Source of the DNA: Octopus sinensis
Taxonomy: Eukaryota
Direction of reading: 5' to 3'
NCBI RefSeq assembly: GCF_006345805.1
Contig: NC_043018.1
Location: 15,066,001-15,130,000 of the forward strand
DNA: 64,000 nt
Made by a program: the position numbers and the translations under genes
Shown: one piece after another, positions 1-13,529 of the stretch
How the letters are laid out: each line of letters opens with the position of its first letter
Numbering within the stretch: the stretch's first letter is position 1
Notes under the pieces: generated by a model
Databases searched by the model: none
What the model was told of the DNA's origin: nothing
The model's input: the letters and a program-made list of their open reading frames with translations, nothing else

Positions 1-2161
1 ATGGTAATATTTTGTCCGCAAGACTTTCCACAATCTATTACAGAGGCATGTAAAAAAGTGGAGGGTATTTGACTGTTTTGCGAACGTCGAAGGTGCTTTT
101 TATGTTCCATATAAGAAAGACAGAGAGGCATCACTGGAAGTTAAGTGAAGTGTCTTTTATTGAGAGGAGGAAAGCATGTGGTACCATGTGGCACGAGAGG
201 CGTACCACATGAGAGGCGATAAGGTCAAAGCACAAGTTCAAATTTTATTTGACATACCTGCCCATAGACTAGTTCCACAATAAATGGGAAGATGAAATAC
301 AAGGCTCGCCGTCAAAGACATTGTTTGTAACGTCGACTCTGGGGTTCGAGGTACAGTAAGGGCAGGTGAAACCTTCAGTGATTAGGGGTCAGATGGAGCC
401 ACCATACACTAACAGGTCCTCATGACATCACAAAAGCACAAAACAACTGCAGAGTTGTGGGGGGTGCTGAGAGGAAAACCCATAAAACTCAGTAACCAGA
501 GCAGAATTTCCAGATGTGAAGGCTTAGAAGGGCAACGACAACTCTGGCATCGCCAAAAGAGATCACTCCAGCTTTATTCCCAAGGTTTACAAGAAACCTG
601 GTCGAGATCAACTTTATCTTTCATCCATCCAAGATCGATAGGATAAAATACTAATCAAGTATTGGGATTCGTTTGTTCCCTTTCGCCAATATTTCTGACC
701 CTATTCCTATGTCAATATAATATCTATATTAAATTAATATGAAGATAAAATCTGTATTATTTAGCAATTGATACCCTCATAACTAACAATTCGAATCCTG
801 ATCTCCCAGCAAATAATGGACGGAGCAACATTTTGGGTTAGCACAAAGATTAAAGAATTGATAGCTGAGCTAATGAGATAAGCAAAGGCTGGACAGTCAA
901 GGTTGGGATGCCTTTGGTCATAGGCCTCTTCATTCATAGCGACTAAACAACAAAGAATTTGGAGCAAAACGGAAAATAACTAAGCAATCGTAAATAAATT
1001 ACATAAATAAACAATTGAATAAATAAAGAAAAGAGAAATAAATAAATTAAAGATTTGATGGAAAGAGAGACACGTTATGAGAGGTTGTATTAGGAAGGTA
1101 TGTCTTCTGTTTTAATTCTTATCACGAATGTTTTGTTGAGGTGAAGACTCGATGCTTGTTAGAACATTCTAGGTATTGACAAGTCTTCGTTGGCGAGATA
1201 AAAATCAAAGTGTGGCGTGATATGAGGAGTTTTATTCGGTGACATGAAACGTGGGCGTTTTATTCGTTCTTCGGTGAAAGTCAGAAGACAAAAAACTGTT
1301 GTCTTCTTTTCCTCTGACACAAATAACAGGGTTGTTTGTTGAAACGGTGGAGGGGGCCTTTACAGAGTCGCTCCAATTACTAGAAATAGCAGCTAATTCT
1401 TACTTGAAACACACTTCACACTCTTAAAACAAAGAATTAAACGTTGGATAATACAGTTTGGGTGCATGCATTCTTTAGAAAGCAAGAGGGTGGTGGTCAC
1501 GGCTGGAATGGCTTTGATTATTAGTTTATATAGCAAGGGTTGATTTGAAGCTGAACTGATATAACAATTCAATAATGGTGTCAGCAATAGTAGTGGTAGC
1601 AGCAGTAGCAGTAGCAGCAGCAGCAGTGGTAGCAGCCGTAGGAGGAACGGGGCTGTTTGATTCGAGAATTCTTTATCTTACCTTATTAGTTTCAGTCATT
1701 AGACTGCGGTCAAGCTGGAGCACCGCCTCGAAGAATGAATTGACCCCCAGTACTTCTTTTAAGCCTAGTACTTATTCTATCGCTCTCCGTTGCAGAATCG
1801 CTAAGTTACGCGACATAAAAAAACCAACACCGGTCGTCATGCCTGGTCATAAAATAATATTATAAAAGCATCATAGAGAGAATTAAGTGAAAAGGGCCCA
1901 GAATGGTTTACTTGTATGTGCTCTCTTGAACGGCAAGAAATAGTCGCCACGTTCTTAAATTCCATCTTTCACGTCTTTAAAAACGGTAAGGACTTCTTTA
2001 TTAATTTTAATCTGAGACGGTAACGGATAGGCACGGCATTGGTTATGGCTATTCAGTCATGTCTGAGACTAGACAAGACTTCGGTAGATAGAAACAGTGC
2101 CTGTTGATTGATAGATAAATACATACATAGCTGTCTGCCTACTGACCAACATACATATGTA

Positions 2162-2195
<34 letters not shown>

Positions 2196-2516
2196 CAGTA
2201 TATATATATATATATTATATATATATATATATATATAAGAATAATTGAGATTCAGTTGAATTAGGTACTTAAGTTGAAGCACCAAGTCGAGAAAAATTAT
2301 ATTAATGTATTCAACTGATTAAAATTCTATTTATTTGATGTAATGATTGCATTGTTCAATTAAATGGAGCCGCTTGAAACGGTCGTACTGCATCACTTCT
2401 TGATATCCTGTTGCTTATTTTGATATCTATCTATCTATCTATCTATCTATCTCTCTATCTCTGTATATATGTATATATACACACACATCTTTACACACAC
2501 ACTCACACACACACAA

Positions 2517-2547
<31 letters not shown>

Positions 2548-3624
2548 TATATATATATAGAAAAGTATTGGTTATAGAACAAACATTTAATCATTTATAA
2601 AAATCACCATGGTTTTCAAACACTTAAAAAATAATGCATATACATAAAATCACAGAAAGTAAAAATATATAATCGAATAAAATACAAATAGAACGGCCTA
2701 TCAAAAAGTTAAATATACACGACTAAAAATCCATAAAATACCAAAAAAAACTAATAGACAAATATAGAATAAATAAAGATAAGAATAAAAGGAAAGAAAA
2801 TAAATGCCCACCGGTGAGGATGTATGCGAGTGCACGTGTAAATTGAACAATGGTTGGAAAATAGGAAAATATGGAGTTGGTTATAGGAAAGAATACAAGA
2901 CTAAACTATTGAAGAATAATGGCGGTCTTTTGACCGAAACAATGATATGAAGACAGATTTTGAAAAGGATGAGAAAGATGGAGAATGAGTAGAAAACAGT
3001 AATAAAAATATATGTTGACTTACGATTTAACAATAAACTCAAGATGGAAAAATTGCAAAATAAAGCAGAGATAATAATATAAATTGTCTTTCAGCCTTGA
3101 CAGTAAATAGGGGACAATTGTGCAAGTAACGTATGGAGGAAAGTGGAATGCTTTCGAAGCTTTGAAAGCAAACCAGGAAAGAGAGAAAGACTCTTGTAGA
3201 TGAGTAAAATGATTGGGTGTTTGCAGGTTTGGGGAAAAAGGTAGGGAAAAGTTGAAAGTAGAAATAAGGAAGTCGTGAAGGAAAAGAAGTACATCAAAGA
3301 ACTGGACTAGAAGGGTGGTAATAGTAGTAGTAGTAGTAGTAGTAGTAGTAGAGAGAGAGAGAGAGAGAATGGGAGAAAGAACTTTCTCTTTCTCTCACTT
3401 TCTTTCTGTGTTTGTCTTTTGTCAAATACGTTGTAGGTACAGCTGGAATAAACGTTATTGTCTTAGGTGCCGAAATTATGATGAGTGATTATGATGAATT
3501 ATGATGAATTGGCTACTGATGAAGGGATCAGACTTGCACACGTCCGCTTCAACTGGCTTTTCGTTGTTCCTGTAAATTTATACACGCACACACATACACG
3601 GATGTGTGTGTGTTTGTATACACG

Positions 3625-3655
<31 letters not shown>

Positions 3656-3725
3656 TCACACACGCACACACATATTTATATGTGTATGTATATATATATA
3701 TACATATATGTATGCATGTATGTGC

Positions 3726-3752
<27 letters not shown>

Positions 3753-3756
<4 letters not shown>

Positions 3757-4380
3757 CCGAATATACTCGAGTAATAGTCGATTTTGAGTAAAAGTCGACC
3801 CCCTATTTTGGGCCCAAAAATTGGGAATTTTTCCATAAATCCCATATAAAAGTTGACCCTAGTATTTCACGAACAATAGGAAAATATTTGTGGGTCAAGG
3901 TACCGTATTATCCTGTACGGACAAATAACACTGTTACAAAATTGAGTGGCTGCCTTATTGTAGCCTGCTCTACAGGTGAAATGCTCGGTGCTTATAGGAA
4001 GACACTATGTAATAGCGATCAGTACACATCTGTTGATGGGTGCTACATCATTATTACTAAAATGTATGCACAGGATGCGCTGCAAGTCTGCATACATCTT
4101 GAAGCGCAATAAACATATGCGTCAAACACTCGTTGTTTACATGGTGAGAAACAGTACTATTGGCGAACACTGGTAAACGCCACTGTCTGAATTCGTACAA
4201 AGCATGACTTTGGTAAGCCTAAAAACTGTCAATTAATCTCTAGGTCAGTGGTTCCCACGCGACCTTTACATTTTCCCTATCTCCAAATACAGTAAACACA
4301 TGCGTCATACGTTCGTCTGTTTACATGGTGAGAAATGTGTTTCACAGACAGCACAATCGGCGAACAACGTAAAGCTATTT
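3753..4380. mobile_element. One end of a Tc1/mariner-pogo(Tc2)-like DNA transposon or MITE
   Basis: Begins TA-CCGAATATACTCGAGTAATAGTCGA...AAAAGTCGACCCC, resembling Tc2/pogo-type termini. Carries an internal ~60-bp imperfect direct repeat (4111-4175, 4295-4370). No matching second TIR was found. Confidence 0.4.
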
Positions 4381-4980
4381 TGGCGAGCTGGCAGAAACGT
4401 TAACACGCCGGCCAAAATGCGTAGCCGTATTTCGCCTGCCGTTACGTTCTGAGTTCAAATTCCGCCGAGGTCGACTTTGCTTTTCATCCTTTCGGGGTCG
4501 ATAAATTAAGTACCAGTTACGCACTGGGGTCGATGTAATCGACTTGATCCGTTTGTCTGTCTTTGTTTGTCCCCTCTGTGTTTAGCCCCTTGTGGGTAGT
4601 AAAGAAATAGGTATTTCGTCTGCCGTTACGTTCTGAGTTCAAATTCCGCCGAGGTCGACTTTGCCTTTCAATCCTTTCGGGGTCGATAAATTAAGTACCA
4701 GTTACGCACTGGGGTCGATGTAATCGACTTGATCCGTTTGTCTGTCTTTGTTTGTCCCCTCTGTGTTTAGCCCCTTGTGGGTAGTAAAGAAATAGGTATT
4801 TCGTCTGCCGTTACGTTCTGAGTTCAAATTCCGCCGAGGTCGACTTTGCCTTTCATCCTTTCGGGGTCGATAAATTAAGTACCAGTTACGCACTGGGGTC
4901 GATGTAATCGACTTGATCCGTTTGTCTGTCTTTGTTGTTGTTCCCCTCTGTGTTTAGCCCCTTGTGGGTAGTAAAGAAAT
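4381..4980 (+). mobile_element. tRNA-derived SINE family A: one head plus three head-to-tail ~181-bp body units
   Basis: Head ggcgagctggcagaaacgttaacacgcc, B-box-like gagttcaaattcc. Body cctttcatcctttcggggtcgataaattaagtacc is repeated three times, with junction aaagaaatag|gtatttcgtc. Confidence 0.85.
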
Positions 4981-5714
4981 ATATTTTCTTGATTAGACAA
5001 GTCTGTTAATATTTTGGAAGTGTAAGAGTTAATATTGGTCTCAAATTTTAGGACAAGGTTAGTACTTTTAGGACAAGGTTAGTCCTTTTGGGAAGGGGCT
5101 GAGTCGATTACATCGATCTCAGTGCTCGACTGCTACTTATTTTATCGACCCCGAAATGATGAAAGCCAAATTCGTCCTCGGCGGCATTTGAACTCAGAAC
5201 GTTAATACGGACGAAATGCGTGCTAACAATTCAGCCGGTGGCAGTTAAACATTGGGAGGTGAGGGGTCAATGTAATCGTCTTATCCCCTCCCTTGAAATT
5301 GCTGGCCTGGTGCCAAAATTTGAAACCAATATCAATTTTAGTAATGTCCGTCTTTTGAACTCTGCGTGTTGATACATTTTAGAAAGTTCATTTATTGTTA
5401 TTCTTCGTGCAAAACGTGTTTTGTTCATTATTTCCTCGGTGGTCAAGTTCACTTGTTGTTGTTCAAGGTGTCATTGCTTAAAACCTCTGAAGAGATAACG
5501 AAAAAAATTCCAAATGCAAACAAAATGACTTTGAAAGTATCAACCTTCCTCGTTTGTTTCGGTAAATAAACTTCGCGCGTTTGAAGATCCATTCTGTCTC
5601 TTAATGTCACGGAGAAGTAAATGAATCAGTCTGAAACGGTAAAGGATACAGAAATTATATGTCAGGAGCTGTCACGGGATAGCATCTTATCATGGTAAGA
5701 TACAACGACAATAA

Positions 5715-5945
5715 GGTGGTGAGCTGGCAGAATCATTAGCGCACTGGACGAAGTGCTTAACGGTATTTCGTCTGCCGCTACGTTTTGAGTTCAAATTCCG
5801 CCGAGGTCGACTTTGCCTTTCATCCTTTCGGGGTCGATAAATTAAGTACCAGTTACGCACTGGGGTCGATGTAATCGACTTAATCCGTTTGTCTGTCCTT
5901 GTTTGTCCTCTCTGTGTTTAGCCTCTTGTGGGTAATAAAGAAATA
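5715..5945 (+). mobile_element. SINE family A, full copy with 19-bp TSD
   Basis: TSD ggtaagatacaac(g/a)acaat at 5694-5712 and 5946-5964. Confidence 0.9.
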
Positions 5946-8329
5946 GGTAAGATACAACAACAATCATTGGTTTTCTGTATCATCCACAAGAGCTAACAAG
6001 AGAGTTATAACAACAATTTCCAATGAACATTAAAAACATGGTTTCCCGTCCATGTGGAGCTGGACTTAGACGAGGGGAGCCGAGCGAAGTCATTATACAA
6101 CAGACGGATTCAAAATTTAATAAAATAAAGGACAGAATAATCAGAAAAACATATAAAATAGATAATTAAAATAATATATAATTGTAATAATGACACACAA
6201 CCATTTATGGTCACCCATACAGAAACGGATGGGAACCGACTTGTTGGGTCCAGTCGAAGCGTCCCATGTTTCTGCTCACCCATCAAATATTGTGTATTTT
6301 TTTCGTCGATCTTCAGAATCACCCCACGATATGTCTTGATTTGTTTTCTCCAGAAACGAACCTACATCTTCCGTGTAGAAATATTTTACTCGTTCATAAA
6401 CTTTTCTTGTGGTCTTCACCAACATTCGACCTATTGAACACTCTACGTTGTACTGATTTAACTCTTGTCCCACCCAAACCCCCATATTGGTCGGTTTACA
6501 TTCCTTCGTTTATCAATTCGATCAATAGTCCCTTGTTTCAAATAGTTTCCAAAATATAGTACTAAACGCAAAAAGCCTGCTGCTGACCCTAAAGAGGTTG
6601 TGGGGTATTAAATTTCTTTACTGAGTGTCAATACTATTCACCTCTGATAAGAGAGAAGAGCAGCTAAAGGTTGACGGCTGGAACACAGGTGACTTAGTTC
6701 TGTATCAGAGCCACACTGACCAAATTCGATCCCCTTTTCTTTTCTTTCTTTGGCTGTTGATTTGTTTTGGTTCTGAGGAAGAAATCATTGTGCAGTGTCC
6801 CTATATGTTCAGTCAATCAATCGATCGAATTGAACCATGAATGCATCCAAATGAGTCTATAATAGATAAAGAAATAGATGTATATAACCCATTATTTTTT
6901 ACTTTTACATATAGATAGACAGATAAAACTTTAAATGCAGATTCTTTAACCTTGTACAAGTGACATTCTAAAGCAAAATCTATAAATACTGTATAATATT
7001 TTATCTTCTGGCAGACTGTATGGTGCAGAGTGAAGACGTCTTAGTAATTCTGTATATTCAAGAGGTTACCAACCAAGAGAAGGAGAGAGAGAGAGAAGGA
7101 GAAAGAAAGAAAGCGAGAGAGAGAGAAAGTACTTTTATCACTTTCCGTTGTTACAGCTCTGACACAGTCACGATTTATGCAAATATCTTCAGCTCTGATA
7201 GCATGTCACTGATCTGAACCTATTTCGTACCTTGCTTATATAATCTTTAAAATGTTGGATCGTTGTAACACCAGCTTCGGTATACAGTATACTTAGTAAA
7301 ACCGGAATTTAAATTATTTCTGAGATTTACTGAGATGATATTTTATGTGGAATAAAACACTGGAAATAAGGCAGAAGGCATGAGACACCAGGAATAAATC
7401 ACCAGAAATATGGCAGCTTCATGAAGACATCCCAAAAGAATCATACACGATACTGATTTTCAAGTAATGTCGATGTAAATATTTCAAAATAATGTATGAC
7501 CTCTGGGAGTGTTAAAAGTCCTCAAAATGATTTTATGAATAGCAAATTATGTCGAATGAATGGGTCGCGTCACATTGTTATAATGGCTGTTGTACATGGA
7601 CGCAGCCATACAATTACGTGGCACTTGGGGGCGTTTACTGCTTCTGGTCAGCAAAAGCTGTGTAAATGCATGTGTGTAGCGGAAGCTGTGCGATATCACC
7701 GGAAGTACTGTAAATGTAATTCAAATAACAAGTTTGACACACAACAACGTCAGGTTGAATCTGACCGGAGATTGGATTAAGGGCTCTAATATATACGGAA
7801 TACTCAGCCATATCTAAACACAGTAATCATCGAAAGCGACGGAGGATCAAAAAACTCAAATGTCTAGATGCACTGAAAATTTTAAAATAAAATGAGAATT
7901 AAATTGATTTCGTTTCTTCTTATTTAAGATTTCAAAAGTTTGGCGTCACAGAAGAACCAATTCCTTTCTTGTTCTAGTTGAAAGAAACAGTTCCTGTTCG
8001 CCCCAGTGTGTCTGTGGAATGGTGGATTTTAATAAAATTCTTAATACTTTCAAACAACACCATCCGACAGACACGCAGTCATTTCTATTCGGGTCTTGCG
8101 ACTGGCGTTGCCTTATTGTGCTATCGCTTTTGTTTTCACTTTAATAAACAGGAAATTTGTCGAGAGAAAAACTAGAATGATGTGTTTGCATAAGTTTGAA
8201 AGATTTCGCAGCAGGACTCAATATGAAGCTTTTAATGTCTCTTGTTGCTAAGCATTCTTAACTGAGTGCCGAACAAATAGATTATTTCTATAAACTAAAC
8301 CAAACTTCACAATCGACTATTATTATTAT

Positions 8330-8475
8330 GGCAGAATCGTTAGCACGTCGGGCGAAATGCTTACCGGTTTTTCGTCTGCCGCTACGTTCTGAGTTCAAAT
8401 GCCGCCAAAGTTGACTTTGCTTTTCATCCTTTCGGAGTCGACAAATTAAGAACTAGTCAAGCACTGGGGTTTGAT
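8330..8475 (+). mobile_element. SINE family A, partial
   Basis: Head and core motif similar to the copies at 5715 and 51920. Confidence 0.75.
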
Positions 8476-8489
8476 GTGATCTCCAAAAT

Positions 8490-8810
8490 GTCCAATGCCA
8501 TTCCCTGCAAATCTGGTTCTATATCAGAGTGACCTTCCCCTAGAGACATGCTTCAACAGAAGGTGAGGGGTGTCTCACTCCCAGTGGTCTTTCAGCACGC
8601 CGGACACCATCCCGGGATTTCTGCGTACCTGTGCTATTTATTGCTAGATAGCCGTTGAGCCTGCATTAGGGTCATCCCACCTTTCAACAGGTCTTGCTTT
8701 TATTCCTGCTGGGTTTCTAGCAACCCTCCTCACCAGGATAGCTTGGTGGGGGTGCCAGTTTAGTCACCAGCAACGGGACCATGCAACAGGTTGTACTGGA
8801 TTTAATGTTA
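8490..8810 (-). mobile_element. Probable LINE (RTE-type) 5' end fragment
   Basis: GC-richer block that reads like an RTE 5' UTR on the minus strand. No protein motif to confirm it. Confidence 0.3.
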
Positions 8811-9158
8811 CTAGTAGCACTTATAAGTAACCTCACATAACATACATACATACCTACATACACACATATACACACACACACGCGCTCGCACACACACATA
8901 TATTTGTATGTGAATATGTATGCGTATTTTATTATCTCCATTGCATTGAGTTCAGTCGAAGTGGATTACTTGCATATTCAGTATTCAATACAGGATACGA
9001 GAGTAGAGTTTACACACACACACATACATACACACATACACACATGCCTACATACACACATACATACACACACATACATACATGCATGCATATATACATA
9101 CGTACAACTATTCACATACATACATACATACATACATACATACAACATACATCATACA

Positions 9159-9190
<32 letters not shown>

Positions 9191-10544
9191 CACATATATA
9201 TCCTGTGTGTAACAGCTGGGTGTACGACAGCTACTGGTGTGTTTAGAGCTCCACGTAGATTATTATCGTTCGATCTACTTTCAATAAAGTGATGTCTCGC
9301 TCAGCAGTATGACTAGTTATGAAATATAGTGCAAATTTTGGAGAAATTTAGATAAACACAAGTTTATATTATCAGTTCTTATTTATGTTTCCCTATTCTG
9401 GTTGCTTGGAACCCTGCATCGTTAAATCATCCAAGTGCATTTGGATGCTTAACCAGAATGGATCGTCAGAGAACATTTTATTGCATGATTTACCGTGGAC
9501 CGCTTGTTTTTAAATTGATTTGGAATCGATAGAAACCAGTTTATACTGATTTGTCGCACATAAGACATTAGCTCGAATATTGATTTGTCTAAATTTATGA
9601 CCCCAACAAACCGGAAATCAAAACCTGAAGCATCCTCATCAAATTTGACAAATAATAAACTGGTCAGTTTCTAATTTCATTCTTCAATTCAAGCAGCAGT
9701 ATTTCTTTTCTTTTCTTTTTTTTATATCAGTCACTTCTTCTCATTTAATCTTCACCTTCCACTGAAATTAATACAAATCTTTTTTTATTCTCTCGGATAA
9801 AGCAATGGAATCGATACAAATAACTTATTTCATCGGTAAAGCTTCGCAGTTTTAGACAGAAGTGTGAGCGAGCTGCAGTAGATTTAATTACTATTGGATA
9901 ACACAGTTCTAGGAGTCGGGGTTGGGGGTTGTAAAGTCTTTGATTATTGGTCTTCTCTATCAAGATCAATCAGAGGGGTTGTTTGGGGTTACACAGCAAC
10001 AATATGAAGTCCATTATATATTCTTTATTGGTTTTATTTTCCATCGTTATATCCTTGATTCTTAGCATTATATTTCTCCGGGAAAATCAGTGCATTGGGC
10101 CCTATAGTTTTAATTTATTGACAGCAAGCCATGGCATACATAACTCAGAATTGGGTCCGTAGACCCGTGTGGTCCCTGGACAACCTCTCGGTGTACTTTT
10201 GTCTTCGGACGGTACTGCCTTGATACCATCAGCTTCAAAGACTTCCAAACCTGCGAGTCATGTTGAGCTTCAGGTGTGAACATTTTCAAAGAATATCGAA
10301 GGACTTGTCCGGAAATAGCTGAGATTTTTGGAATAATGTTGTATGGAGGGTGACAGCTGAGAATCACCCGAGTCTTGGCAAGTCTATTTTTCTGTGTTTT
10401 AAACTTTCAATTTCTACTGGGGCGAGTTTTGCATCTCAAATTGTAAAACAGCCAAAAACAGACGGATAGCAACAACAACAACAACAAAAACAGCAGCAGC
10501 AGCAGCAACAACAACAACAACAATAATGATAATAATAATATCAG

Positions 10545-10903
10545 TAAATATAAATTGAAAAAAATGTGGCATCTCAAGGCGACTACAGTACCAGTGGTTG
10601 TAGGATCTCTAGGAATGATAAAAAAAGGTACTGAAACCTATTTGAAAATGATTCCAGGCTTACCATCCCTACAGGAAGTGCAAAAAATCGTATTAACTGG
10701 AACGGCTCATGTACTGAGAAGAGCATTATCGCTGTGAAAACAACATCCATTCATGAATTTATTTGTTTATTAAATTTTTAAATACATATTTTACCTGTGA
10801 ATTTGCGTGTGTAATCTGGGAATGCATACAATGCCCTTCTCTGCAGGTGTACGGAAAACATTCGGGGAGAAATGGAAGAAAATTTGAAGAAAGAAGGAAA
10901 AAC

Positions 10904-10905
<2 letters not shown>
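10545..10905 (+). mobile_element. 5'-truncated R4/Dong-clade (RLE-type) non-LTR retrotransposon, 3' end
   Basis: IEKMWHLKATTVPVVVGSLGMIKKG...LQEVQKIVLTGTAHVLRRALS matches the C-terminus after the restriction-like endonuclease. It is followed by a 3' UTR and (TAA)n. Confidence 0.75.
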
Positions 10906-10961
<56 letters not shown>

Positions 10962-11030
10962 TAATAATAATAATAATAATAGTAATAATATAATAATAAT
11001 AATAATAACAACAACAATAATAATAATGGA
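10906..11030 (+). repeat. (TAA)n microsatellite / element tail
   Basis: Seen directly. Confidence 0.95.
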
Positions 11031-11127
11031 CTCTCCCGTCGAAGACGGCGTATGAGTGTTCAGCTGTTTACCGAACGACCTGTACAAATGATTTGTTTAA
11101 AGTGATGAAATGTATGTACTGCATATC

Positions 11128-11174
<47 letters not shown>

Positions 11175-11336
11175 ACCTCTCTCCTTCAAATTGACATTGT
11201 CTGAACAGGTGCAAGGTTTACCACGCGTCAGGTGTCAAAGTGACAACAGAGCAATGTGAGATGAAGTGTTTTGCTCAAGAACACACTACGCATCATCCAA
11301 CCTAGGAATTGAAACCACGATCTCGCGAACGTAAGT

Positions 11337-11436
11337 NNNNNNNNNNNNNNNNNNNNNNNNNNNNNNNNNNNNNNNNNNNNNNNNNNNNNNNNNNNNNNNN
11401 NNNNNNNNNNNNNNNNNNNNNNNNNNNNNNNNNNNN
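11337..11436. other. Assembly gap (100 N)
   Basis: Run of 100 n. Confidence 1.
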
Positions 11437-11585
11437 TATATATATTAATATATTATTATATATAATAATATATATATAATACAAAAATGGGACTAGAACG
11501 CAAAACATCCGCGACAGTTAGGTGATACAAAATGGGTCAACAAAACATCCAGATAGACGATACAAAGCCACTCCTGCGCCTATAC

Positions 11586-11681
<96 letters not shown>

Positions 11682-13214
11682 GTGGTACAGGACACCAAAA
11701 AACGTAGAACACAATCAGAAACGAAAACATAAAAACAAAAACATGGAAACGGACTTTTTTTCGAGTACAAGACATACAACACAAAGAACATTCCCCTTCT
11801 TCAGTTGCCCCTGTTTCGACTGCTCCGTGTTTCGAAGGCTTCTTTCAGTTTCCGTCTACTAAATCTACTCACGAGGCTTTGGTCAGTCTGAGGCTATTGT
11901 AGAAGACACGTGCCCGAGGTGCCACATAGTGGAACTGAATCTCGAAGCATGTGGTTGGGAAGCAAGCCTCTTACCACATGGCCACATGTAAATGCTCCAT
12001 TATTGGCTCGTGATGATCGTTGTTGTCGTTTAGCCCCTGGTCTGCTTTGATTGTGTATGATGAAAGTCATTCCAGTCGTGACCACCCCATCATTTTTCTG
12101 TGTACAAGGAACGCTGGGCCCTGTGTCCTGTTTCATCGCATATATTAAAAAAAAAACGGTATGGTACGGTTGTGAATGGTTGGTTGACCGGATTTGAATG
12201 TCGATCACAATGGAACGATTCTTTAGATTATGTCGATCACAATGGGAATTCTAGTAGTGGTATCGGTGGTGTGGTGGTTAAGTAATTGTTGGTGACCAAG
12301 TGGTGGTGAATCTCGTAGCGATGGTGACATTCGTATCGAGAGTAAAGTGGGAAGGCTAAAGGAGTAGTGGTCACAGTGGTAGAGAAATTACTTTTGGAGG
12401 TGCCCCCACCCTTGTGTCAACATGACTGAGCAGTCCTAACACAAGAACAGTTAAACAACGAGGGGTATCCTATTATAGATCTACCTACCAGGACATATCA
12501 TGTCTCCGCTTAAGTGAGGGCCGTACTGTACAATCCTGCATACCAAGATGAATTATTATAGGTGTAGTGTGACTGTGTCCGGTACTTTCACCACTGCTCG
12601 GCCTACTGCTGTACTCCTGTCTTTATGCAGAATATAGACACCCTTGCGGGTAACCATCACCCAAATACGATATGAACGATTCAATCTTAAACACTTTGTG
12701 TGCATAGGCAGAAGCACACGGCTTTGTGAGGCCGTTGTTCGGATGTTCCCTGAAATTAAGTATCCTTTGAGTATTTTGAGTTTTTCCAAATCCTAAATCT
12801 TGTGCTTAAAAACTCTCTGTTAACAGGGAAAGCAAGAGTCCTACTGGATTTTGACCCTGCTATTACATGTTCACTGTAACCATGGATTTTATGCAAGAAT
12901 TAATCTACTAAGCTACCTCAGGACTCACAAAATGTAAAGCTACTAATCCGTTCAAATATATTTCATATAAGAATTGCAGGCCATTGGGGGACAGACTTCA
13001 CCATTTGTTTTTATAAAAGGAAAACAATTCGAGGCTGTTTTAAACACAATTTCGCATTTTTGGGAGGTTCCATTTACCGTTCAATTGTTCTCCTTGAAAC
13101 CTTTGATCTCAGTTTTCTTCTTAATCTTATTATGACTTACTTTCATTTCCTTCCAATCTTATTCAACTCTCACATAAATCTATTTTTCTTTGATTCATAA
13201 AGTTTCAAAGAGAC

Positions 13215-13498
13215 TGGCTGTATGGTTTTGAAGCTTGCTTCCCGACCATGCGGTCTTGGGCACAGTCCCGCTTCACGGCACCTTAGGCAAGTGTCTTCTA
13301 CTTTAGCCCCGGGCTCACCAAAGCCTTGTCAATGGATTTGGTTGGCGGAAACCGAAAGAAACTCAAGAAACTTGTCGTGTGTGTATCGTGCTATATATTC
13401 TATGTTCTGTAGAATGATACATTAAGGAGCCTTTTTTATGAGTTCCACCGGGTTAGTTGACTCCATGTATTGTGACTTAAGTATGTTTGTGTGTTTGT

Positions 13499-13529
<31 letters not shown>

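Noticed and set aside
1-3300. Possible old LINE remnants at 1-560, 1050-1560 and 2810-3300 (minus strand)
   Set aside because: Composition is suggestive, but no diagnostic motif could be read with confidence.
4430-4980. Regularly spaced repeats resembling a CRISPR array
   Set aside because: The ~181-bp units are wholly repeated with no unique spacers, in a eukaryotic context with no cas genes.
9900-10440. Hydrophobic ORF MKSIIYSLLVLFSIVISLILSIIFL (+) and exon-like GLEVFEADGIKAV... (-)
   Set aside because: No consistent splice partners or homology, and hydrophobic frames arise readily in T-rich DNA.
12400-13200. Possible decayed coding sequence on the minus strand (DLGFGKTQNTQRILNFREHPNNG..., P-loop-like)
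   Set aside because: Many stops in every frame, an incomplete motif and no recognisable family. It cannot be supported without a search.
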